Positions 42,323 through 55,899 of a DNA stretch of 64,000 nt are shown one piece after another. This DNA is from Hamiltosporidium tvaerminnensis FI-OER-3-3 (lineage: Eukaryota; Fungi; Microsporidia): positions 806,001 to 870,000 of the forward strand of contig CM061249.1 in assembly GCA_022605425.2 (NCBI GenBank), given 5' to 3'. How positions within the stretch are numbered: position 1 is the first letter of the stretch; each line of letters starts with the position of its first letter. The position numbers and the translations under genes are program-made. A model generated the notes under the pieces. It saw only the letters and a list, made by a program, of their open reading frames with translations, did not search any database and had not been told where the DNA came from.

Positions 42323-42467
42323 GAACTAGTAAGGCTAACTATGTATTTCTAACCAAACTTGAAAATTAATGCGTTTCCATACCGCATCCTATAATGAACT
42401 AGTAAGGCTAACTATGTATTTCTAACCAAACTTGAAAATTAATGCGTTTCCATACCGCATCCTATAA
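42323..42467 (+). repeat. Near-perfect tandem duplication, 2 x 73 bp
   Basis: gaactagtaaggctaac...cgcatcctataa at 42323 and 42396. Confidence 0.95.
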
Positions 42468-43089
42468 GGAAATAGTAAAGCTTAAGGTTTTTACCGATAA
42501 AATTTCGCCAATTTGAGTAGATATGGGAAATGTAATGTTTTTTTTCTTATTTAAATAAAAATATTGATGATAAAGTAAATTTTAAAAAGCAAAAACCTAT
42601 CGAAGACATAATTTAATTTTATTTGGCTTATTTTTGACACATCTAAAGCTCTTGCGACGTCCCAGATACCCGAAGGTCGTAATACAAGCCAATAGCTAAA
42701 TTTCGCATTAATAAGAAATATTCTAACAGCTTCTATTCTTCAAAACGTATTTTTTTCGAAAAGCGTTCGATTAATACAAAAAACCGCTTTGTTAAATCAA
42801 GGTTTGGATACTAAACTTCGTTAATAATGCAAATAATTGCTTGTTATATTGACGTTGTAGATAAAATTAATTTAAAAATACAGAACATATGATTAAATTG
42901 TAGAGTTTATACCTGACGATTATGGGTCAAAAGGTGTTTAGCAGCACTATGTACAAAATAAAATGTCTCTTTAAACTCATTATGTTGTAAGGGGCAATAA
43001 TAAGATAAACAAAAGCATATTTCTGACCTAATACATATATATTTATTCATACTTTTGATTTTAAAATATAAATTTTTATATATATTGTT

Positions 43090-43280
43090 TACTATAAGTC
43101 GTACTTCAAAGAATGTAAATACCTATGAATACAAAGACATACGTTTTATCGAAAGCGCTTAAGAAGCCAATCGAAATAATTTTCATTGGTCGAGAAGAGA
43201 ACTTGAGTCGAGGCAAAATACCAAAGAGAGCCGGGGAAGATGCCATTGGTTTTATTACCTGAGCCGAGAGTCCGAGGAAT
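43090..43280 (+). mobile_element. 3' fragment of the same non-LTR family
   Basis: IPMNTKTYVLSKALKKPIEII; DNA similar to 59040-59175. Confidence 0.55.
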
Positions 43281-44675
43281 CAACAATAGCTTTAAAACAA
43301 ATTTAATCGGAGAAAGATGGTATTAAACATCGTAAAACATATAATAACACCCCTCTTATTTCAGATAGAGGAAACCACTAGGGGAAACTAACATTAATAT
43401 AAAAGAAGATTTGAATCAGAAGAAGAAAAAAAATAGCGGTAAAGAAGCAGAAGAATATATATAAACGTGTATAAATAGGTATAGCTTAGAAATCTACCAC
43501 ATAAATTTATTTTTACAGTTAAAAATATATATTTTTTTGAATGTCTAAGAGAAAACTTAAATCTTTTCTTTGAGAATATTGATGATAAATTAAAAGGCTC
43601 ACTATGGTCCATTAATATGAAGGCAAATAATTCCTTGACTCTTGGGTCCTTATATATAAGGCAATATAGTTTTCGGCTAAAAGTTTAGAGATCTTTAGCT
43701 CAAGTAATAAAAATTGGAGGATCAATCATTTCGTCCAGCTTATTTTTTTCTTTTCGTTTATTATAAAATCTGTTTCTATAGGCTCAGAGATATATTAGGA
43801 TTAAATTTTTATTTCTTGAATAGTCATGTATAATTTCACATTTTATCATTCCTGGAATAGTCATACATAATTTAGTTTTAATTTATTTATTTTAGTCTTC
43901 TTTTACCTCTTGATACCAAGTAAAAACCAATAACAGCAACATTTTCTGTTATTAATCAAGGTTTCAGCCTTTTCTGTGTTATCCCTCTTCTGCGTAAATC
44001 TCCTTTTTCTTCGATGATTTGAACAATCACAGTTTCATATATTTCTTCGAACCACACTTTACCTTTTAATTCAATAAGTCATGGTCTGGTTTTCCCATAC
44101 CAGTCTATTTTGAGGAATTCTCTTATTCTCCATTTTTTTAGTTTCTTTAACCCCGGAATATCGGAATTGTCCATATACTCAGCGTGATTAATAAATATCC
44201 CATCAAACCTTATAATTATTTCACAAACTCATTATCAACCAAATAGTTTTGGATGGGCATATTGTTTCATTATCTTAAAATTTATAATTGATTTGATTTA
44301 AAAATTTTAAATCTAATAACTAAGAGCTATACAACTATGAATTAGCTAATGTAGCATATCCCGAGAAAATCCTTTTTTTGAGACAAAAGGAAACACTTAC
44401 TAGCCTTAAGATTAACGAAAAGAAAAGCATAATATAATAAAAATAGGTGGTTTACGAAACAGAATAGGCAAAAATATTGAGCATGAGCTCTGAAAAATTA
44501 AAGGCAACGAGATGGAAAGAGGAAAAATATGCGGATCAAAAAAATATCGATTTATAATTAGAAAATGTTCGGAGTCAGATAAAATTGCAGAAAATGACAT
44601 GTTAAAAGGTATATAATTACAGATCGGATGAGGCTATAGAATTCTAATGAAAATATTAAGAAATTAAAGCCCAAA

Positions 44676-45950
44676 CTAGCCTACTGCCACGCGTTGCTGC
44701 GATTTTGGAAGAAAGAAATTCCCGGGATATCGAAATTAAAACAAATTTCAAATTTAGTCGTTTTGATATTTTTTATCACTTTATCTAGAGGCCTTTCAGA
44801 AATAAAATATTTTTTGGTCCGTCGTCTGACGTGTTTACGAATATACCGAGAGTTCGGCATACACATGGAGTAGCCAAACAGAGTTACCCTGTGCGAGAAG
44901 AACGGATCTTCAAAATATTTCCACGCATTTGCAGCAATTAGATCATAATTTGCTTTTTTCATGGCAAAGGTGAGGCTCACAGAATTTTTAAACATGATAA
45001 TTTAAAAAGAAAATTTGGTAGACTTACTAGAATGCTTGGTAACAGTAATATTTCCCTTTTGGTTTTTCATATAACATTGTGGCTCTGATGATATTTTTTA
45101 TTCCGAAAGGCTCGTGCCCTTACATAGCTGTAGTGAATTATTATTTCCGGGAAACTGATAGTCATTTTGATTTTAATAATAAAATTTACGTGGAATACCT
45201 AGAAAGTTATTAGAATTTAGAAAATTGTTATGTAAATGACAACTTCGTCTGTATTGATAATTTTATCGATTGACTCATATGCTTTAGCTCTGACCGGTAT
45301 TTCAATTGTATTTTAAAATTTATATTCTTCAAATCATTGTTACTAGCTGCTAATATCGCACATTTTTTGGGGTTTTAATGATTTTTTTTATTTTACAATG
45401 ATAATTTGGAAAAAAAAATTGAATCAAATTGTCTTTAATTGATGTTAGCGTATAAAAGGTATTTGAAACTGTAATAAATTTTGCTATACTTGATCTATCT
45501 TCCCGCTTTTAATATTTAGTAATTTTTTCGCGAAAGGTTCGAGAAATGTTTCATTTTAAAGCTGAACTGATATTTTTGTGTTCTAAATGTATTTCTTTTT
45601 TTTAATAAAATAATGATATGCAACATGTATTTAGTTCCTGCCTGTATTTATCGCAGATTAACTTGCAAGGATTGTCCGAAATTACTGTAAATAAAATTGG
45701 GCACTGCCAAAGGAATGTATACTAACTCTTAAATATTGCTGTTTACTTCCACGTTTTTCTATTGCTTTTTTATATGCTATTGTGTATTCTTTCTGTGTAA
45801 TAGGTTAATATATCTGGTAAAATTCATATATTCTGGAAGATTCGTGATATTGCATTTTAGCGTCTCATTGGTTTTGTAAATTAACTAAAATAACGTGCCA
45901 AATTTGCTGTTTAGACCACTAAGTAATAGTTTTTGCAATTCTAGAAAAAT
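44676..45950 (-). mobile_element. Helitron relic (PIF1-type helicase half) with intact 3' terminus
   Basis: Degenerate motifs AILAASNND, YESIDKIINTDEVV, LCKGT (LCNGT), SLTFAM (RLAFAMT), FSH-G*LCLA (FSHGQLYVA); ends cgcagcaacgcgtggc...CTAG followed by T. Confidence 0.85.
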
Positions 45951-46572
45951 AATATAAACTGAAGGTGAGAAATGGATGACACAATTTAATTTTTTTTGTA
46001 GTTATTAACGCCAATTTGCACCGTTACACTTACTTCCTTACTTTACTTTATATCAACACCCTTCTACTTCCTACATTTACAGAAAAACCTGTGAACCAAT
46101 ATATAAATTTAATAACAACCTTTATACTACTATTGCGCATTAGCAGTCTGAATCTACTAATATTTGTATTAACATCCCATTTAAGCACCTCATTTTTATT
46201 ACCATTTTTTAATTAAAGTCTTATAATTAACCTTTTTAGTTAATATACATTTATATAGAAAATAGACCTCTTTATACAAATAATAGAAACCTTAATACAA
46301 GTGATATGACACAGATTCGTATACATATTAAATCAAAGTAAAGATAGCTAATGAAGTTTAAGAATATATTTTTACTTTTTTCCATTTTCTTTATTAAATG
46401 TGAAATATAATCCGTTTTCACGAGTGAACAGTTAGTTAAATATAAGAGAAAATATGCAATCCAAAACTTTAGAATACTTATACAAAAAATTCCACGTTTT
46501 TCTTTCACATCTCTCACCCAATTGTAAAATATCTACAAAGTGTCAAAACCATGGCTAATTGTTAAAATATGA

Positions 46573-48883
46573 TCAGATTTCCTTTACATACCGATAGTAA
46601 ATATTATTAGGGTTTAATGAAACTTCTAGTCTACTATTAGAAGAGCGTATCAATTGCATTATACAAAACAAACAATCCTTTTCGGACATATGATTATGAT
46701 TGTAGAATGTCAACGATATTTTTGTCAAATTTTTAAAATTTAATAAATATCTTAAATCTTCACAATTGATTTCAACATACCATAAATTCAAAACTTTTAA
46801 AGAATTAAAAAATTTACATTCTGCGCTCAATTCGAAAAAATGACACTCAGAAAATTCACAATAAGAAATATCGAGTTCTTCTAGAAATTCCATTTGTTTT
46901 ATTCTATGTAAATCTCGCGTGCCTAAAATACCGGCTTCGAATAATAATATGCGTAAAGTTTTATTAGACATCAAATTTAAACTTATTAAATAACCAAGCT
47001 GGGATCTACTGTAAGACAAATCCAATATTTCCAAGCGATCGAGATTGTTTAAAAAATCTACTGAATTGATATTTTCTATGATTGTACGATTGAAATACAA
47101 AAATTTAAGTTTTCTTGATCTGAAATTTGGAAATTTCAAATTTGCAAATGGCTCAAAATAACAGTGATCAAATGATAAATATTCTAATCCTTTCAACTCA
47201 AATATCCCAATTAAACATACTCTTTCAATAGTTATATATTTAAAACAAATTCGATTCAAAGATTCAAAGTTATATTTAAACTCTACCTTAAATATAGTCT
47301 TCATAAATTTTTCATTTTCAATATGTAAGGTTTTTAATCCCTTTTTTTCGAATATATCATTCTGGGTTGTGTTGCTAATATGGTAGTTTTGAATAGTTAG
47401 ATTTTCCAATCGAATCATTTTCATCACGGCTCCGAACAAATTTGATTCTGTTTGTTTATCTAATACATATCTTCGTAATTTCAAAGTTCGCAAGTTTTCA
47501 AATTTGCATAGAGAATCGCAAAATTCTTTTGATATTTGAGCGAAATAAAATATAATTTCTAAATGAAAGAAATTTTTCACATTACTCACTTTATTGAATT
47601 CTTCAATAAAATATTTCTCAGCGGATATGCTATTGAATGATGTAATAAGGGTATGGACAATGGCTTTAGAAAAGAATGTATTCCACCAAATAGAATTAAT
47701 TTTCACATTTTGAAACTTTATGTAATCAAATCTTTCACTTACAACCATATATTGATCGAGAAGTGGTAAATTTCCTGGGATTGAAATATTTTTGATCGCT
47801 AAACCTTTAAGTTTTGTTTGTTGTAACAGTAAATAAAGAACATTTGTAGGTATATTAACATTTTCTAACTTTATAAATTCAAGATCGTGTTCACTTGACA
47901 GCAATAAAATTCCGCAAAAAAAATGATGAAGATGATTGAACATTATAGAGCATTATCGATTTAAATGAGTTCAACGAAAAAATGAGAAAACTAGATTTGT
48001 TATTTGAGATTTCATCTTGCGTAAAGCACATTAATATTAAAGATTTTAAATTCATTTCATTCAATAGAATTTGAAAAGCATTAAAAATCTCTGGAAATTT
48101 TAGGATTTTTTCAAGCAACATGAATATTTTATGATCTTTTATCAGCAAGCTTTTATATGGAATATCTGCTTCAAAAATCGAGGTATTGAATTTTTCGTTA
48201 TTAGTCTTTAATAGAATTAGATTGCCCTCATTATAAATATATTTTATTATATAACATTTAAGATGTGCCAAAATAAATTCTTTTTTAATATAGAAATCAA
48301 GTGTAGACCAAATATTTGTCATTGCATATTCTTTGCTGTATGCAAATTCTATCTTTGATGAATTATTTTCTAAATTCAAATATGTTTTAAAAATTAAAGC
48401 TTGAATGAATTCTTTCAGGTTTTTATTATAATTTGCTTTTAAATATTTCAGAATAGAAAATACACCTAGAAGCAGATCGAAATTTACTTTATCAGGTATT
48501 GCTGTAATGTCTTTAGTAAGCTTAAGGAAAAAAGCTAGATTAATATTACATTGGATTTTCCCATTTTGGTTTGGGGATAATCTTGAATTCAATGTATCTT
48601 CAAGAATTTGAAAACTAACAAAATTATCTTTTCTGTACGTAAAAACATGAGTTTTCCTCTTATGTGGCAGTGATTTATCATTTAATAAAATAAAATTGAA
48701 TTCGACATCATTTTTCTCTGAAGATGATTTTAACGGTTGTTCGTCACTAAAAAATATAATATCAGAGCAATTTTTTGTTTCGAAGGTATAACTGTATTGA
48801 TATAAGGACACTTTATTGAATGAACAAAAGATGTGAACAAATGAAATCAAATTGAGCAAAAAATCAGCAGCTAAAATATTCAT
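46573..48883 (-). pseudogene. LRR-family paralog 3 with a single frameshift at ~47895-47920 (real or sequencing error)
   Basis: ORFs 47891-48883 and 46573-47943 together align end to end with paralog 2. Confidence 0.8.
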
Positions 48884-48989
48884 TAAGAATTGTAATATAA
48901 GGGGAAATTTTAATATTTAAAATTAAAACGATTTATTTAATAAATCGGGACTAAAAACATTCTTTTTTTATTCAACAATCTCTTACACC

Positions 48990-51900
48990 ATTTTAACCAC
49001 TTTATTTGGGTTTTCCCTTTTTTACGCTTGTTTAAATCCATTGTCGGTTCCTCTACTGTTGTTACGCCATCAAAACTACAATTAAATTTTATTTTGCTTT
49101 CAAGCGTTTGATTCCATATTTGCCGCTACTTACATGTCTTAGAAAAGATATTGGTCATCATTTATTTTAGCTCTTTGTAGAACAGTCATTGTCATCTCCC
49201 CAATATTTCTATTCGACCATCGAAGCAGCTCATATATCTTCGTCGATCAAAGGAAATTGTTAAAAATGCCTTTTTGAACAATATTAACAAATCATATGCC
49301 TTCAGATTCATTAGTATCTAAGTATTTACTTATAAAAAAAATGGTGTCTTGTCATAATATTATTGTATTTGATCACATGGGAAATTATATCGATGGATAT
49401 TTACACTAAGTCCTAAACCATTTGTTTATATGTCATATTTCCTAAATTTCTTTGTTTGAACTATTTGAAGCGAACGTTAAAAAAAATTTCTTCATCATTA
49501 GATTAATATTATTTTTAATTATTTTATAAAATAAATAAATGAGTCTAAATCGAAAAATAAAGTCGGTCTTTATTTGCTGTTCACTTTAACTTGACATACT
49601 CATGTAGAATCACTTCTTGAAATGAATTCCACCTAATACGTTTTAAATACTTAAATTTGTATATATTTATTAGAAATAAATTTATCCATAAAGCCACTTT
49701 TATTATGTCTTTTGGTAAAATCATTACCAAATATTTTCTCGAATATTTTCGCTAAACAATTTACTGATTGTCTGGCCGGATTGAAATGTTGACTCACACT
49801 TTCTTCTGCTCGAAATACGTTTCTATCTTTAAATATCAAAGTGCTTCATCAAGCGGCTCTATACCTTCTTCTTTAGCCTCATGTGAAGTAATTTACACTC
49901 CTTCTCGTCATTTATAACATTATATAATTTTATACGAGAAAGTTGCCTTTCTATTTCGTTATTAACATGGAAATTGAGCTTATTCCCATCTCTTCCAAGC
50001 ATTTTCCTTTTCCAACTCGTATTTTACTTGCAAAAAGTCTTTTTATGGCGCAAGATAGGTTTTATTTTCATTTTCCACATTTAAGAAGTCTAATGTTCTG
50101 GTCGATTATTCTTTTGATTTTCGCAGACAATCCAAGAGTTGCAGGACCCCATTTTCGCTCTTGAAAAACACAGTGCAAGCTTCTTTACAGTTGTTAATGA
50201 TAAAGATATATGCGTTCCTTAGATGCTAGGTGTAGCTTTGTTTTTTCTTTACTAAAATAGATTCACTATACCCTAAGGCTTAGTAAGGCCGGGAGATATA
50301 TATTCAGGCATACTATAAAACTGTTTTTTTAGGAAAATTGCGTGTTGATTAACATCTCTAATGTCTAACATTCCATCTCATCCAAAAAAGTCTTACAGTT
50401 CGGGCTATTATTTTTTTCTGTAGTTTCTTAGATAACTCACTTGTTGGTATTCCAACACAATCTTCGAAAACTACAAGATAGTTTTGAATAAATATTCTTA
50501 TAATAATGGTAGAAATATCTCTGGAAAACGGATCTTTCGACTTAATTCTTTCGTTTTGTTTCAAATACTATGTTGTCCAAAATTTTCTTTATCATAGGTC
50601 ATCTTTTCAAGGTTTTTGAATCCTTTACAGGGTATAAAATTACCAATCATCGATGTATGATTGATGAAGTTTGATTATTCTTATGTGTGTATTTAAGTTT
50701 TGCATTAATAATTGAGCCCATGGCGCATTAGGGCCATATAAAAAACAAAAAATAGGTTCAAGGTTAGCACGTCTCGAAAATATTTCTCAAATCTCGTTTT
50801 TTTATGATTTTGAAAGCCCTATAAATATATCACGTTTATTATTATGTGGTAATCTCAAAATTTCTGAACAATATAAAGTAAATTAAAGCCACAGACGTTT
50901 GACTCGAATACGTATAATTTATCAAACTTTAGGCTTTTTTTATATCTATTCAAGTTGAATTCTATTATTTTCACAGTTCTTTTGGACTAACGTTTAAGTG
51001 GGTACGTTAGTTCGCCCTATCACATTTTTTTTAAGATTTTAACTTGTATTTTGATTGTAACTGCATTTTCATATAATTATTGCCTTGTTCTCTTATCCTA
51101 TAGGGTCAACTGCATGTACCTGACATACAGTAGATTCACCTGTGATCAGAGTCTCCTTTAGTATATCTTTTTATATTGTGAAGGTATGCTCGGGATAAAG
51201 CCAAAGAGCCCGATATTTTTCTTCTAAACACGTGACCTTCATAATATAATAAAGATGCCCACGAAAAATCATACGTTTTTGTATGAAAAAATGATAAATA
51301 AAGTTAATACCAGCAGATTCTGAGTGGTTTAGTAAGTCAATTTAAAATGCAAAAAAATCAAAAAACAAAAGTTATAAAGTCTTATGATTATCCTAAGAAA
51401 GTTATCAAATACTCATCCTAGGTGACTAAGTATTATTCTTGTAACCCTGATGAGCTAAAAACCATCTATTCCGCTAAGATCTCATTCATGTTCAATTTTA
51501 TGAGCTCCCACCAGGAAATATAATATCTACCTTAACTACAGCAAAAATACGATTCTCTTTTTGGACTAGGTTTCTACACTTGTACATTCTTACTTTTTTT
51601 ATAAATACAATTTAAAAGTTATTCTTGTCGAACAGAGCCAAGGAATAGTTATTTGTTCTACTTAAAATTAAGTTCTACACTCGCATGATCTTATTTTAGG
51701 TTTTTCTGAAAGCAAACTAATTTTATTGCATACAGGCTTTTTCGAAGATGTTTTTGTAAAAGCTTTAAACATAGACTTTGTCTCATTTTTTTCTATTCTC
51801 GTCAATATCAGCTCTTACCCTTTGTTAAATAGTCATAACATACTCGATCGCTCATCATGATTCTAAAATATCTGTTATCATTATGGATACACGAGACTTT

Positions 51901-52350
51901 GCGCATTTGCCAACATTTGATTAGTATATCACAATTTTACTATTACCAAAATAATTTAAGAATCTCTTTAGATCGAACTAAAAATTCATCAATTTCCTTC
52001 AACAAGATTTCTTGATTTTTTCTCAATTGATTTTTTCTCAAGCTTATATACCGAGTAGTATTATTCAAGCAACATGACTCAGTGTTCCCGACCATGTCTG
52101 GAGCAAAATTGGCTTGGATTGTTCTCTGCTTTCGGAAGAGGAGACTAAAAGAGGGTGGTACCCCATGTTAGATTGGGCGTAGGGCCAACATCCCATCCTT
52201 TAAACCATATTTTTACGAAACCCGAAAAAGTAAACAAACCCACTGAAAAAAAAACCGGTGGGCGGTATTACCGAAGGTGGCCAAGGCTCGTACAGGGCTG
52301 ACGTGTCAGGAATCAATAGATGAACAAGTCTCAGTGAGAAGGGTGGTGAA
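48990..52350 (-). mobile_element. Near full-length decayed non-LTR retrotransposon (RT plus restriction-like endonuclease type)
   Basis: Ordered relics SAGINFIYHFFI (~51300), IDIKKA (~50940), EDCVGIPTS, KDRNVF, DFTKRHN, ISFDRRR, with many stops and frameshifts. The 5' boundary is approximate. Confidence 0.75.
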
Positions 52351-52986
52351 TCGATGTCTTTCTTCCTTTTTTTTAGAGAATTGCATTTTTGATCTTATTT
52401 TGAACTTGCTATTTATACAATGATGTTTTTGGCATAAAAAAATATATCGGTATAATTCCTTTAGTCTTTTTCCAGTCATCACTTAGGCATCTGACAAAAA
52501 CTTGCCTGTAATACAAAAAAATGCATCGAATGAATCCTCGATTCTGGCTTTTACAGATCTGGATACGAATCTGAATATTACAAGCACATCTGAAAATAAC
52601 TAAAACACACGGACTTAGTATATTGCTGCTAGATCTGATCCAATTTCAATAGCCCTCTATTTGATACAATCGTAAGGCGACCTATGGTGTTAAACAAATA
52701 CATTGTTATTTGGTCTGCTATACTTAATAAAATATAAGCGTTATAAATATAGAAATGGAGCTTAGAACTCCACTCTTTGAACTTCTGATGGGTTTAAACT
52801 CTACACAGAATCAAATAGCGTGTTTTCCTTTTCTACTGACATCATTTCTTACTCTTTTTTCCCCACCTAAATTTTCCTTGTACCCATATAACCTTAATAT
52901 TTTATTTAACCTACACACTATAATTTAGTTCCCTTCTCATCCAAATATAAAAAATCTATTTTCTAAGAAATCAACAATTCCTTCAC

Positions 52987-53145
52987 CCAACAACCTTTAT
53001 ATATCCTTAAACTATCCTTCCTACCCCCTCAACAAACCCCTTACCCCCTTAAAAACATTTTTACCAACAACCTTTATATATCCTTAAACTATCCTTCCTA
53101 CCCCCCTCAACAAACCCCTTATCCCCTTAAAAACTTTTTTACCAA
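52987..53145 (+). repeat. C-rich tandem 2 x 77 bp upstream of ORF 53189
   Basis: ccaacaacctttatatatcc... at 52987 and 53064. Confidence 0.9.
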
Positions 53146-53188
53146 AAACTAAAATATTTAATCCAAAAAACAAAAAAATACCCTTTAA

Positions 53189-54113
53189 ATGCTAGAAAAT
53201 GCCAATGGTTTTATATTCACCCGTTGTATAAACGAAAACAAAAAACCCACACAAAACATTTCCACCTCATCCTTTACTACCACCCCACCATACCAAAATA
53301 CAGACGAATCATTTTTAATTTCTACTTTTACCAACAAAAAAACGCAAACATTTCCACCCACCACTACCACTCTACCTTCTTTCTACACCCAACACAACAG
53401 TAAAGAAAAAAATAAAACCACAAATATATTTCTCAATCCCTTTACAGACATTAAAAAGAATAAAACTAAAATCAAAACTAATACCAATAATAAAGACAAT
53501 AATAGAATTAAGAAAGATTCTAATCCCTTCAAAGACAATAATAAAGACAATATTAGAAATAAAAAATCTAAAAATAATTATAATCCCTTCACAGACAACA
53601 AAACGAATACGAATAATAAGTTCAATAATCAATACAATATTAGAAATAAAAAATTTAAAAAAAATTCTAATCCCTTCACAGACAAGACTAAACAAAATAT
53701 TATAAATATATATTCTAATCCCTTTACAGATACCACCCTCCTCCCTACAAATTCAATTAATAAGAATTTAAACAATTCTAATCTCAATAAAACCAACCCT
53801 TCATCAGAAATAAAACCAACTTTTATTTTTGAATTTGTCAATAAAAAAAATATAAAAAATAGTAAATTTAAAGAAAATTCAAAAGATAATAAAAAGGTTG
53901 GTAAAAATATCAAAGATAATAAGGAAATAGGAAATAAAAATATTAAAAATATTAAAAATAATAAAGATAATAAAGAAAATAAGGAAATAGAAAATAAAAA
54001 TATTAAAAATATTAAAGATAATAAGGAAATAGAAAATAAAAATATCAAAGATAATAAAAATATTAAAGAGAATAAGGAAATAGAAAGTAAAAATATCAAA
54101 GATAATAAAAATA

Positions 54114-54177
<64 letters not shown>

Positions 54178-55185
54178 ATAAAAATATCAAAGATAATAAA
54201 GAAATAAGTAAGGAAAATAAAAATATCAAAGAACTGAGAAAATAAAACTAATAAAGAACTGAGTAAGGAAGTAAGAAATAATAAAGATTATATTATAAAT
54301 AATACATCAAATATACCAAGTAACATATCCAATATATCAAGTAGCATATCCAATCCTTCTAAGTTTTATGAAAGGTTAGATTCTGATGAAAATAGAAATG
54401 AAAAAATATTAAAAATACTTTCGTGGGGTACAAAATATTTAAACGAAAAAGAAGGAAAAAATGAGTATGGAGATAAATTAATGGGGTTATTTAAAGGAAG
54501 TGTGGTTTTTAAGGAAAATAATTCTTTTTTAGGAAATTCTTGTTTAATTTTGGAAGAAATTGAAAACGAAATGAAAGAAATTGAAAATGAAATGCTGAAA
54601 TGGAAAAATATTTATGAAGAGGTTTATATAGAGAATGTCAGGTATGTTGATATTAAGAAGGATATAATGAAGGGTGAAAAAGAGGGTGTTAATAATAAGG
54701 ATGGGGTATGGGGTGTTAATAATATAGATAGTGTATGGGGTGTTAATAATAAGGATACTATAGAGGAGGGTGTTAATAATAAGGATACAATAGAGGAGGG
54801 TGTTAATAATAAGTATGCTATAGAAGAGGGTGTTAATAATAAGGATACTATAGAAGTGGGTGTTAATAATAAGGATACTATAGAGGAGGGTGTTAATAAT
54901 AAGTATGCTATAGAGGAGGGTGTTAATAATACTACTGATAATTTACACCCTCTTAATACCCCTAACCTAACCCTAGATACATGCATAAATAGTAATTCTA
55001 TTTTATATAAAAATATGAAAGAGAAATTAGATAGATTACTTCTTATAAAGAAAGTAGTATTTAATATTTTAAATAATAATAAGAATATAGCAGAAGAATT
55101 GTTAAAAAGTATACTTAGTTATGTTTGTGTAGATAAGGGTGTGGATATACTTCTTCTGTTGAGAGCATTTTCTAGATTACAGTAA
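53189..55185 (+). CDS. Probable single gene split by two frameshifts; putative Dsn1/Mis13-like kinetochore protein with low-complexity expansions
   Basis: Coding-like sequence continues past A60 (54116-54175) and a +1 A at ~54240 into PSKFYERLDSDENRNEKILKILSWGTKYL and the coiled coil EEIENEMKEIENEMLKW. Confidence 0.5.
54682..54930 (+). repeat. Coding 30-bp minisatellite, ~8 units (EGVNNKDTIE)
   Basis: gggtgttaataat every 30 bp. Confidence 0.95.
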
Positions 55186-55248
55186 GTTTTTTGTAAAAGT
55201 AAATTTTATTTTATAATAGTTGTTGATAAGAGTCTTTATGTTTATAGT

Positions 55249-55487
55249 ATATTATTGGTATATTTAAGACCCTTTTAGTTATGGTATATTATTAGTATAT
55301 TTAAGACCCTTTTAGTTATTAGTATAATATATGTTGTATATTATTAGTATATTTAAGACCCTTTTAGTTATGTTATATTATTAGTATATTTAAGACCCTT
55401 TTAGTTATGTTATATTATTAGTATATTTAAGACCCTTTTAGTTATTGGTATATTATTAGTATATTTAAGACCCTTTTAGTTATTAGT
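55249..55487 (+). repeat. Tandem ~37 bp x 6
   Basis: tatattattagtatatttaagacccttttagttat. Confidence 0.95.
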
Positions 55488-55654
55488 ATAAATTATAAGT
55501 TAGTTAGCCCCTCTTATAAAGTATACTTATAATTAACACCCCTTTAATAACTATCCTTGCAATTAATACCCCCCTATACACCAATCTCCTTATAATTAAC
55601 ACCCCCTCTTCTTTTCTTTTCTTGTTTATTTTAAACAAATACAAACCCCTTTAA

Positions 55655-55876
55655 ATGTCAGATACAAAGAAGAAGACTAACAAATCCTCTGATATTTTCT
55701 TTTATGCAACTTCTAGTAGAAAATTTCTTAGAAAATGTGTTAAACCATCTTTTAAAGAGTATGTAAGGTTATTCTATGTACATCTTATAGGTCTTGGTTT
55801 CTTAGGTGCTATAGGATATGGAGTAAGGCTTATACATATACCTATTAATAATATTATTGTTAACACAGGTAAGTAA
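55655..55876 (+). CDS. SSS1: Sec61 gamma subunit
   Basis: FLRKCVKPSFKEY, IGLGFLGAIGYGVRLIHIPINNIIV. Confidence 0.93.
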   Translation: MSDTKKKTNKSSDIFFYATSSRKFLRKCVKPSFKEYVRLFYVHLIGLGFLGAIGYGVRLIHIPINNIIVNTGK

Positions 55877-55899
55877 ATAAAGGGTGAGGATTAAGGGAA

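Noticed and set aside
53430-53735. Five NPFxD motifs as EH-domain ligands
   Set aside because: More simply explained by a C-rich DNA repeat (aatccctt.acaga) in a low-complexity segment.
54116-54175. Poly-lysine tail from A60
   Set aside because: Probably a consensus error in A-rich repeats; coding-like sequence resumes in another frame.
53372-54986. Antisense ORFs here and opposite the syntaxin, LRR, secreted-protein and kinase genes
   Set aside because: Shadow frames of real or low-complexity CDS.
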